Shown in pieces: positions 27,101-39,100 of a stretch of 64,000 nt of DNA. Below the pieces are notes generated by a model that was not told the DNA's origin, did no database searches, and worked only from the letters and a program-made list of their open reading frames with translations. Numbering within the stretch: the first letter of the stretch is position 1; each line of letters begins with the position of its first letter. The stretch spans positions 449,942 to 513,941 of the forward strand of contig NMRA01000177.1 in NCBI GenBank assembly GCA_002633005.1. Direction: 5' to 3'. The position numbers and the translations under genes are program-made. Source of the stretch: Phoronis australis (lineage: Eukaryota > Animalia > Phoronida).

Positions 27101-30100
27101 TCTTTAACTATAGAGATCTTATTTCAATGCAATACCACAATTTAACGACAAGTTGTTCTTTGCTGTAGACGTTTTTTAATTTCCAAATCGCACACTGCAC
27201 CTGTGAATTGTTTCTCATGATTTTGAATTTTATTAAAGGCTATAAAACGGCAATTTCGAAGTCTGTTCTGACTCTTGAATTGTGAATAGACCAGGGACGA
27301 TGCACTTATATCTTGCAATGGCATTATAATACTTATAGATTTGTTTTTGATTCGCAGTTGTCTGTATGCAATTGTTTTCCGACCAAGAAATGTGGCATTG
27401 TTAAATAAGTTCTTGGTTTCCATGCTTAAAAATGTTAAGTAATTAGTTGCGTAGACCTTGAGACTGGTTGAATCCACATCGTTAGTGCTTGCTTCATGTC
27501 ACTGGGTTGTATGCTATGCTAAGCATTATTCTCTCTTGCCCCTTTCATATTGACTTAACTCCTGTCTGAGCGGAGTGTCGACGTATACTGCGAAGTTAAC
27601 TGGACCGTTCATACTGGCTTCGGTAGTTAGTGAACATGGAAGTAAACGGTAGGTGACGCAGTCGTCATCGCAAGTTATCGCATGGTAGCGCTGCACGCTA
27701 AGATTTTTTCAGTGTGACAATTTGGGACCATTAACATGTACTAATTGACATAAAACTTATTTTTAAATCGATTGGTGATCATTAGAGCAAAATATAAGCA
27801 ACTATTAGCGACGGTACTACCCTGTAATTGTTGACGATAACAGTGGCACCTGGCGATAACTTCGATAGGACCGAAGTTGACCATTCATACTGCACCGCAG
27901 CCTCGACGCTCCGCTCTTAAATCCACCTGTTTAGTTCGAAGTTAACTGGCGCTGTTAACTTCGATCCTGGACTGACATTAAGCGTTCATATTGACCGCAA
28001 CTCCCCAAAACATCGACTCGTCGACGTTAGTATGAAAGGCTCTTTTGAGCAAAAATCCAGACATGTTGTAAATATTGCATTGACTTTTAATGTCCTAATC
28101 CACCTTTCTGCTTCTTCACAGAAACAAAAAAAGTTTAACAATACTTTTATTTGCTTAGGATGTTGTCATTTTTACAAAAAAAACTAGGTACCGGTTGTGT
28201 TCGAGACTGTCAATTATTTGTTTAGCAAAACAGACAAAATTTTGTCTTTTCAAATATGGCAAGATTTTAGACATGGCTCAGAATGTTTCAAACATGGCTC
28301 AGAACTTTTCAAACATGGCTCAGAACTTTTCAAACATGGCTCAGAACTTATCAAACATGGCTCAGAACTTTTCAAACATGGCTCAGAACTTTTCAAACAT
28401 GGCTCAGAACTTTTCAAACATGGCTCAAATTTACCAGACACGACTATGATCTTTTCAGACATGGCTCACGATTTCCGGAAAACGTGACTTGAAACTTTTC
28501 AAGGAGATGTGTTATAACTCCGCCAGTCTGCCAGTGTTGGACTATGTACATATATTCAAGTATAAGTATTTACTTAAAGATTATTGGAGGTCATTAATCC
28601 CCATGTTCTGTTTGGTGATGTTTGATTGGCATTTCATATTATGTAATATTTATGCACTGACTTGATGATCACGCCAATTAGGATTAGATGTTCCACAAAT
28701 TGTTATTGATATTCAGGGTAGACTAGTAACATACTGTGCCAATGATAAAAGAAGTCCATTATCTACTAATCGGGTTGTTTATGATTTCTATAAAGTATTT
28801 ATGACCCTTGAAATACTGCGCCAGACCATCAGTAACATTTTTCAGTTTGCATCATACCTTACTGTTTAGTCTGATGAAAGGAATCTTTTTACAAGCTCTG
28901 AATGTCTGTTTTCTCTACCTAGTGGTGGATGTGGAAATTTCAATGAAAAACCCATTCTCAGACTAGCTAAATTACTAGTCTTCTCCCTAGCTTTTCGACT
29001 AATAGTGAAAATGCTGACAATGTGAATGGTTGAAAGTGTCACTTTCACGGGGGGGCGGGGCTTTGCTGGTTATTTGCTTGCACTTTGAGTTACTTTCTTG
29101 AAAACTGCTTTCATTTGCGCTATGAGTTTCGTAGCCAGACCCGTATACTTCAAAGGACACACATGCGGAAGGGAAGGAGGCACGTATTTAGCGCTGGCTG
29201 TGTTAATCAATTTATTGCAGAGATTGAAAATCTATTGGCGTGGTGAGGAAACAAACTACCTGCAGCAGTGCTGGTGAAAATGACACATCTGTGTGGCAAA
29301 TTCGCTAGCATTTTCGCTAGTAAAAATTGCTTAACTTTTCGCCTCTCGTGGAGCCTGGTATGAGTATACGTCAAGCTTTAATGGTTCGTTTTTTTTCTGC
29401 GTGGGACAAACTTAATGGAACACAGTGTACCCGTTTTCTGGTTTCATGATTAAAAACAGTAACCATTAGCCGTTATGGGTTGGCGTTATGCTTCTGAATT
29501 GAATTACTTTTAATGGACGGCATAATTGACCTTGATTTTTATGAATTAGTTAACTACCTAAACTAAACGTTTGTGTGTCGTGTCTTTTCTGTGCATTCAC
29601 TATTGGTGAATACCGTCTGAAAATAATGCTGTAACGAGGTTTCAACCATGGTTTGAAGAAATGTAACATCTTCTGTACTTCAACAGGGAATTCTGTTGAA
29701 CTTAGACTAATTGCTATAAAAAGTAAAAGTGATTTTATTATCATTATTACCTTTGCAGTTCTTATTTTACCCATGAACCTATTCTAGAAATACAGGGTTT
29801 TTCAAAAGATTATTTTTGCGCAATTGCTTTGTTCAAGATTGTGTCATACCAAATCAACTGGGGTACTACAAGAGTGTTGATTTAAGCTGCAAATTTAGTT
29901 GTACCTTTCAGACCGGCTGTGCTGTGGTTGTTAACGGATACCAGTCATCATAGTTTGATGCATTGTTCAAAGCTAAGTGCCAGAAGATGGCGCTTCAAAA
30001 GCGCGCAGGTGTAATATTTTTAATTTGAAGTATCAAAATATGGTTTGATAATAAATGAAATGGAAGTGTTTATAGTGGTATAATGGTGTATTGTTTGAAA

Positions 30101-33100
30101 AGTTGGAAAAAATATAAAATACCTCCACAGGGGCTATCATTGACTATACCTGTAAACAATAGTCAATTCAGCACCGCAATTATATGTTCATACTGTCTGA
30201 AACTCCCCAAAACATGACAGACCCTTTTGTGATTCTCCATTCTGAGTAATTTTAAGTTAAGTGTAATCTTAAATTGAAAACAAAATCTCAGTCGCATACT
30301 ACAGAACTCGCTTCCTTTCGCTTGCTTTTTAGGTCAATGTTTTATTTGCAAGTGACAATTTAGGTTTGCCTTCACATACAAGCATGTGGGCCTTATTCCA
30401 GGCCTGCATGGCACACAGATCTATTTGTGAATTTGTAATTACCGTAATACCATAATACCACAAAACACGACTGATAGGTTAAAGGTGCATTTCCTCAGTA
30501 TTAAGCTGTCAAAAGATTTTGAAAAATGACTTGGCCACTTATGCTCATAAAATCGGTCTCCTTGTACTTCTTACTGGGATAAGACTTGATTTCCACCGCC
30601 TACAAGAACAGACACCACCAACAACTTAGAAACGCTTCACTGGAGTTTGCCAACCCTTCAATTATTGCGAATTGGAAACTGGTATATGTACGTATTGTCT
30701 GTGACTTGAGTTGCTGACTGATTCGGCAACAATTCGGGATTGTGTGTGTGCAATAATGTTTTTAAACCCCAAAGCCCTTTGGTTTAGATTTCTACATTGA
30801 CATCTAAACAGTGGCAAATGCGATTTGATGCTGAACTGTTTGACATTGTTTAGCCAGATGGCAAATGATTTAGGCATTTTTACATGTGAACTCTCAACTC
30901 ACCCTGGCTGACCTTGGCTGTTTTGACTTGCACAATTTAACACAGCTCCACAGCTCACCTAGTGATCGTACATAACACACTTGACTGAATCTTACCAACC
31001 TTTAAAACATTGAGGCTGTTTCTGATTGAAGTTTTCGCTAATCGAGAGCTTGAAATTCACTAGTCGGCGGTAATGAAACGAGCAATCAGATAGTCACGTG
31101 GGTTCCGTTCCTTGTCCCATGGACAGGTTCTTGTTCTCAGTCTCTTCTGATATCAAAAGAAGGATGCTGTCATTTGCCACAAAACACTACCTATTGAATA
31201 TCTGATTGTCCATTTATGTTAAGTGCTTGTGGCGCTGACTGATTAGTGGCTTTTAAAAGGGCGAGCGTGAACATTTTTGCATTTGTTTCGAATATAGCTG
31301 TTTTGGATACGTCATTCACAGAAAGAGTGATATTTGTCTCAAACAAAATAATAATGTAAGTTTTGGATACTACATTCACAGAAGTAGTGATATTTGTCTC
31401 AAACAAAATGATAATGTAAGTTTTGGATACTACATTCACAGAAGTAGTGATATTTGTCTCAAACAAAATGATAATGTAAGTTTTGGATACTACATTCACA
31501 GAAGTGACTAAGATACAGTTATTGTGTAATAAAAGTGTCTGCATTTTACTCAGGTAAGGCTGTTGTGTCCTCAAAAACTGAAGGCGAACTTTTGCTTATC
31601 TGCTATATATTAATTGCAACATAAGTCATTTCCACAGTGATGATTTAAAGGTGTTTAGTACGGGATGGGAACAGGGCCCTCGCTCACCTTCATTGTAGGT
31701 AGTGAACCAAGAACACCCATGAATGACTTTCTTTGTTCAATACTATGTAGTCACCCATGGACTTGCAATCAACTACCGTAATCCATTTCCTGTTACCGAC
31801 ACCGAGGCCACAAAGCATGACAATGGCTAAACTTGATTGACTTAGCCGGTGCCTCCTTACTGGCTAAAACATCTGATTGGTTCTCGATGACGACTTCTGG
31901 CCAAGGTTGCAACTTTTTTGTCAGTGGACCTTGCAATTTGCATAATAGGACAAAAAGTAAAAGGGAGATAATTGTAGTTTTGTCTGATATCCAATCTATT
32001 ATCTACAGGTAACTGTTTCCACACACATTGTTTAGTATACCTTATTTTATCTATCAATCGGTAGAGCACTTCCATTACAGGGCCTTTCATGTCTGTAATG
32101 CTTATAGCATACACAGCCTATGTATTCCTAGTTACAAACATTGTCCCGTTTTTTTCATTTTGGCCAGGTACAAATATGACCCCAGATTTAGAAACCCAGC
32201 TGCACTCCCCTACCCTAAAAATGATTTTCCCCCTGTACATAAGCATGTGGCCCTTATACTGATATACACCCAAGGGCGTGTGATTTACAATAGCATGCAC
32301 AGCTTAGTGTGTTTATTTATTAATCATAACCACACCAATCTTCAAAGGGGGCAAAGTTGAGGCTATACTTTCCAGAGGAGCTAGTTGACATTTTGTGTAT
32401 ATTGTTGCATCAATTTTGTGGGATTTCAATAGTGCCGTTTACACTTACAAGGTTGACATGGATCAGCTGACATGGAACGAGTTGTTCCAGTGTGTAAACG
32501 GACTGACACGGAGCAAATGGACATCGCGGTGACAAATTTTTGCCACCCGTTCGTGACATAGAGCAATTTGCGCCCGAACATCTTGCGCCGTATCAATTAT
32601 AAGTCAAAAAGCGAAACTGGAACAAGGCGCAAAGGATCATCTCTACTGCGCTTGTGCAATGACCTTCATACGGGTTCTTTGTCTGCAACTTTCGTCATTT
32701 GTAAACCTGGGCATGTGCGATCCAGTCTCTCCAGCCTGTAATTTCCGTCTTGCCACCATTTGTGAGTTGTTTGTCAATTTGATCTGTGTCAGTTGCGCCG
32801 GGCCAAAAGTTGATGTCTAAACGGGACTATTGTCTGCACTGTTGTCAGTTTTCAAATGCATTTTGTGTGCTGGTGGCCTGTTCCTGAATATCTGGTGGCA
32901 TTACAGATAACTTGTGGAAATGTAGCTGGACTGATGCTGCTGATGAACCATGTTTGAACACACATTGTGAGAACACTGATGAATCTTGCTCTCTTGAACA
33001 TCTTTGTCCTCTCACCAACACTTCACATTAGATGTAATATAGCTGTGAACTTGTGGGGATGTTGCCCTTACTTAGGTCCAGGTTTGTGACTGACCAGGTT

Positions 33101-36100
33101 GACCTGTTTGGTAAAGGGTGACCCAACAGAATCCCACAAAATTTTGTATGAAATTGTAAGCAGTATTTTGTTGGAATGAACAAAGAATTCAATGTATACT
33201 GACTCTTATGGTTAAAACTGGAAAAATCATCAATAGACTCAAGTTTACCGAATTTCAAAATAAATGAATTTATGTAGGATTAATAGAATTTTATGATGTT
33301 ATTTTTGGGTCACCCTATATTGCCCAACAGGTGGTTGCTGATGGTCATAGGCCTGGCCTGCATTAGGAGGTAATGAGCTTGACACTGTCAGCTGTTAAGG
33401 GGTTGGCCAGTAGAGAATGAAGGGCTGGCTAGCTGATTAGTTTGGGCTTGCACTGCTAGGAGTCCTATGCCCTCAAGTTAGATGTCCTGACTCCGCTCTG
33501 AGGATTATAGATATATAGCGGATCTTTTGATGGGGAGGGGATGATTCAAAATTGAAGGTGGGTGTATTGTTACACCTCCCGCGTAAATTTGTACGCCTAC
33601 TAATAGATAATGAACATATCTACATGATGAAAGGCAAATGGTTGAACACATTCAATGTTCCAGTTAGTGACTTTAAAAAGTTATGGTTCCATTTGATTGT
33701 TTTGTTGCGAAGCAATAAAGCATTCTCATTAGATTTAGCATATTTTGAGTTTGTCTGGAATCAGAGAATTATTGTTCTCTAACAATTCTTGGCACTTTTA
33801 TCTTACAAATGCAACATCCAACACTGGTTTTAGTCACAACTGCAACATAAATCTACTGACATGAGGTTGGTCAGTTGTAACTCATTAGAAACCTTTGTTA
33901 TGTAAATAACTTTAACAAAGTGGATATTTGACTCATGTCGCATTGTTTACATTGCACCCATTGTTTATTAAAATTGCTGATGTCAGCAGATAAGAACCTG
34001 GTTCAATTGAAGTTAGAAAAACAAAAGTGTCTTAATCACACTGGGCTGTTTCTTTTTAACAAGAACACTTGTTTCCTATGTTGTTCTGTTTGCAATTAGG
34101 AGATTTATAGACACTAACCCCTGTAAGAGGGAGTTCACTAAACCCAAAGGTATCTATGGTTACACAGGCTGTAAGCACCTAGTGGCCTGTCCTGAAAATC
34201 CTGGAAAATGCAGTCTTGGAAATGAACATTTACGAAAACTCATGGAAACTCAGAAATTTCACATAACAGATAAGAATTCAATTTGAGAGTTGTATTCAAG
34301 TTCAAGCTTTTGCATACTTCAGTGGTAGCAATCGGTAGCAAACCTTTTTGGAGTTTTTTGTGGGAGAAGAACTTATGAATGGAAAATAGATAGTTTCCGT
34401 ATGCATCCTTGATAACAGTTTGTAGCAACATTTCTTGGATTTTTTTGTTCGAAAACATGATTATCATAAATAGAAAATAGAAATTTCATCCAGGAAAGCT
34501 CATGGAAAATGAAAACATGTGTGGAAACCGCAATAGATAATTTTTAGCGCTTCATTTCTTGCGGAGTTTACAGCCTGTGTATTTGTATAATGCATGGTTG
34601 GAGTCAGTGGATCAGTTTGTTTACATTACCTGCCCAGCAGTCATGACACAGGACACCAGCAATAGGAGTCTTCTAGATCCCTGATCTTATCAAGCATTTT
34701 GTCCACAAAAACTCTATTAGGTATCTCATTTGACTTGTGTCCCCGTCTCACTTACCTGTGTGGTCTTCCAAGGGGGGCAATCCACAGAAGAGGTATGCGG
34801 GACCAGTGCTGCCTAGATGGGTGACTAGTCTCCTTACGAAAGCGTGCCCTTTACGACAAAGTTGGTGCACCTTTCGGATATAATTATCTGGAAAAGGGTT
34901 CAGGTTGGGTGTTAGTAACTCTAAATAAGTTTCTTTTTTTCCAACTACAAAAGTTTATAGAAGAATTTTTGGCAATTCACTAACAGAGGTCCTGAATTTT
35001 GACAACCAGTTTTATGGCTGTTATTCAGTGGCAAAAACTGGTTCTCAAAATATAGGACCACCGTGAGTTGCTATTACTGGATTTTTGATACTATCTTTTA
35101 AAACTTTGATTGCATAACATACTTTTGGTATATCTCTCCTTATACAGTTTCAGGCTTATAGGTTGACAAGACAACTGTCAAAGAATATCTGCAAAAGGAA
35201 CTTAGCTTTATAGAATGAATGGGTAATATTTTCTTGGATGCTTCTTGCAAATGGGCCTCTTTTTAAGTCCTCTGCCTAAATGGACAAGTCCTATCTTTTC
35301 AGCTGTACCCCTTCTCAAAAATATAGTCCTGAGTATTCCCCCCAGGTCTGTAGTGTATTGTTGCCAATTAATTCTAGGTAGGCTTACTGCAATCACCGAC
35401 AGGTGAAACAATGCAGTGGTTGTGTTCTCGCTGGTGTTGAATTTACCTGAGTGTGTTGAATTACCTAGTGAATTACAATGGGTCAGACGGTGACTGGAGG
35501 TACCGTGTGAAGTTTGCTGAGGTCCACAGACAGGCCAACAGTGCAAGCTATTGTACAGTTGACCGAGTTGATACCAGCATTGGCCTCATTATTAAGTGTA
35601 TTCTTCAGCCAAATTGAGCATACTTTTAGGTTAACACCCAGCGCTTTTAATGGGGAATTGTCATTGAAAAAGGTGATTTTCAGTGGCCTCTCTCAAAGCT
35701 GAATCGAACTAGTGGAATTCTGGCAATTGCACCCTAATGCTTTGCTTACAGTGCTGGACCCCACTTGACAAATGACAGTATGTTAAGCGTATTTAACTGG
35801 TAAAGTCAATGGCCTTGATTTCAGCAAATGTCTGGCAGACGTGTAGGAATCGACAATTTGCAACAAAGTCACAAAAACGCAATGGATTTTGTTATTTTAT
35901 GGCTCTGGTCAAAATTTAAGAAAGTTTATCCCATCTCACAATAATCTAAAAAATATGTTTTTGACTGTAAAGATGTCCTTTTTTACTGAGAAACAGATAT
36001 TTAGATGCAGGGTAATAGGTTTATAAGCAGGGTACCATTGAAATGAATGCCGTGGAACATAGGGTTTCAAGTGAAATAGTTGTCTTGATGGCAACTAGTT

Positions 36101-39100
36101 TGGTATTTATTGCCCCATTGCTTGCCAACAAACCCAGTGGCGTATAAGAATATTTTTTCTGCTGGCATTAAGAATTCAAGCTTTAAGCGTAGAATGTTCA
36201 TATGACGCTGATTCACGAATCGTTTGATGAGATTGTGAGGTCCTTAATTAACCTGCATCCTCTAGCTTACCATAAACACGGTATTGTAAAGCAGTATCCT
36301 TCAAAAAACCAATTAATGCCAGAGTCGTTTCCCTGCTTCCTGTTCTTTTTTCAGAGCTCTTAACCTTTTTAAATGCCACTTGATAGCTGTTTAACAACAG
36401 AGAGTGTGATTGTGGGAGTCTGCTTACACCACGTTACACAATGATGATCCGTCTTCCTATTCATTTAGTGTATCCGATCACACATCAAAGGATCCCGCCT
36501 GTGATTTTCTACCAATTCTCACTAATGGAGCCGACAGGAAGCGGTGATAATTGCCCAACCAGTCGGTATACTTCAGCAAATTTGTCTGATTCAGTGCAAC
36601 TAAGTTGTGTATGGCGGCGGCCATGGCACACAAGTTGAACACGGTAAACCATCAGTTTGACGCTTGAAAAACTTGTCCGCCATATTGTGTCCTGATTTGG
36701 TGAAATTTTATCGTATGCGTGGGTGCTGCAGTTTCCCTGTCACGAAAACTTTTGTTTCGCTCGTATTCAATTAGGTTGTCTTATATACATTAAAATCTCA
36801 CCAATTTAGGACGCAATATGGCAGACTGGTGAAATGTTATTTTATCATCTTTTCCACAAAACACATGTCATCTTAAATCAACGACTTTCTATGCTCAAGT
36901 TCTCTATCATAGCTACAATCAGATGATATTTTGAAAGACAACGAACTTTGGTAATTGTTTTTGTCCAAAATTCATGGCATTTTACCGTACTTGTATGGTT
37001 TTATAAAACGCTGCTTGAGATATAAACTCATGCTATCATGCCACATGACTTAGAAGCATGAAGTCAAAGGTCAAGGGTCATGACACTGCTGTTTCATACC
37101 CCTGTCCAGATGATTTCTGCTAATAGTTCTATTGTTTACAGTAATTTGATCCAGCTCATCTTAATGTCCAGAGTGTTTTCTGTGTTCTCTCAAGATGGTT
37201 AATTGTTTCACGTCATGCTGTTTGGTTTCCTGTTGTCGTAAACAAACGTCATTGTTGATTCTGGAATAGCACTGGAATTGAAGCACATCTTTGTGGCATC
37301 ATGGGCATGATGCAATACGCATTGTTTGAGACACTTTTCTTGCATAAAAAGAATTTGACAGTAAACCAACCTAATTTTAGCTTGTACCCAAATGTTGCTT
37401 GCTCAACATGAAATCAAATGATTTCAAAGTAATTGTATAAGAATAATTGCAGGTGGTCTGGTACATGTTGTACCAGATATGCGCAGGCCGCACATGCGGG
37501 CCCTTTGCACCGATCGCCTGGGACCATTTTTGTGTTTTATAAATATATAATCAAAACCGAGCTGAGGAGCTAGAAACCTGACTCAAGGGTCAAGCAGTGT
37601 GGCGCAGAGACTCGAACCCACAACCTCGAGTAAAGAAAGGGACACACTAGGCCACACTGTCTCTTCAATTCAAAGTAACTAGAGTTAAATATGGAATTTT
37701 CAAAAAATATATATTTTCTGGTGGTCCACCAACAAAATGGCTGCCACGACATTGAACTTCACTTTTTGTGAAATTCCAGTGAAAACACAAATATGTGCAG
37801 AACTGTAATTTACGAAATCAGTTCCAATTTCAATAATGTGTGTTGATTGATGAAACTTTCTGTTCTCTAAATTGGTGGCAGTAGAGGAACAAGTGTCTTT
37901 AAAAAGTGTTTCAACGATTTTACGTCAAATTGGTTCACATTTTAAAGTGCTTTAGCTGTTGATTGGCTCAAACTTTAGTTCACGACCTTTAGATTTACTC
38001 ACTTCAAAAATGCCGAGTATAACTGCAACAATAAGACTTTACTGTTTCAAACCTCAGAAGTGCCAGAAACGGGTGTAATTTTACACGTTTGAACTACTAA
38101 TTGATTTCAAGACGAGCCAGTTGTGTAAATTATGCTGAATGATCGCTTAAAAAGCACTGTGGAAAAGTACATTAGGGGAATATGTTCTTGGCGATAAACA
38201 TTTTAGAAAGTGAGCATCTTTGTTCTTAATGCGACCAATTATCTTGGTCAGTTACTCATGCTGGATGTTCTCAGCTGGTTGTCTAAAAAAATTGTCCAAT
38301 TACGGGCTGCCTAAGTTCTGTAGCTATCAGCTGACGCGCTGGGAACCAGCGACACGATTTCACTATCATGAGAAAACACTGCATGGTTCGCCAAGTTTAA
38401 CAAAACACACACACTCAGATTAGCAACCCTGAGCATGTGAGCAGGCATGCATGGTCTAGTAACGTCATTATCTATTTTGACGTAGTGCTCTGCTGTTTTC
38501 CTAACCATTGTTCTGCTGCCATTCCCAAGATCCTGCTCTGCGTGAGTCGTTCTACCCTGGGCTACCTCTTGTGACTATGAACCATTGTGTTCCCAAGTTA
38601 AATGTTGTATGTCCTGCCATACTGACCATCTGACCATTACTATGGTGGATCTGTTCACCTGCTCACCTGTGCTGGAAGCAGCAAACTATAACTTGTATCA
38701 TTCATATTCCCAATAATTTTTGCTGAATACATAAACACAGAAAACACACCCCAATTCTTCACTTATTTAGCAATGTGGTGGACATGCGAAATAATTATCC
38801 TTAAGGCATTGTCTTAATTAGTATAAAGTTCATACTTCCTTGGACATTCTTTGGTCAAAAATCCAATTTTGTGGCAAACATTTGACTAATGACCAGCTGT
38901 TGATTCTGCCTTCTAAGAGTGCATTCTTTCAAGAATATTAATTTATTACCGTGCCTATCCATCTGGATAACCCTTCATATCTTACTTTCTTCATGCTTTG
39001 TTTATTCGTTATCTGACGTGTAGAATTTTGAAGACAAAACATTGCAATTCAAAAAACTAAACTTAGAGAAGTAACCAAATCTATGAATCAATAGTGTAGT

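Noticed and set aside
28195-28492. Heptad-repeat proteins (NMAQNFS etc.)
   Set aside because: Translations of a 21-bp minisatellite that is open in several frames.
31191-31574. 127-aa repetitive ORF
   Set aside because: Translation of the 60-bp tandem repeat.
36441-36589. C/D box snoRNA (ATGATGA...CTGA)
   Set aside because: No terminal stem and no rRNA guide recognised; these motifs are common by chance.
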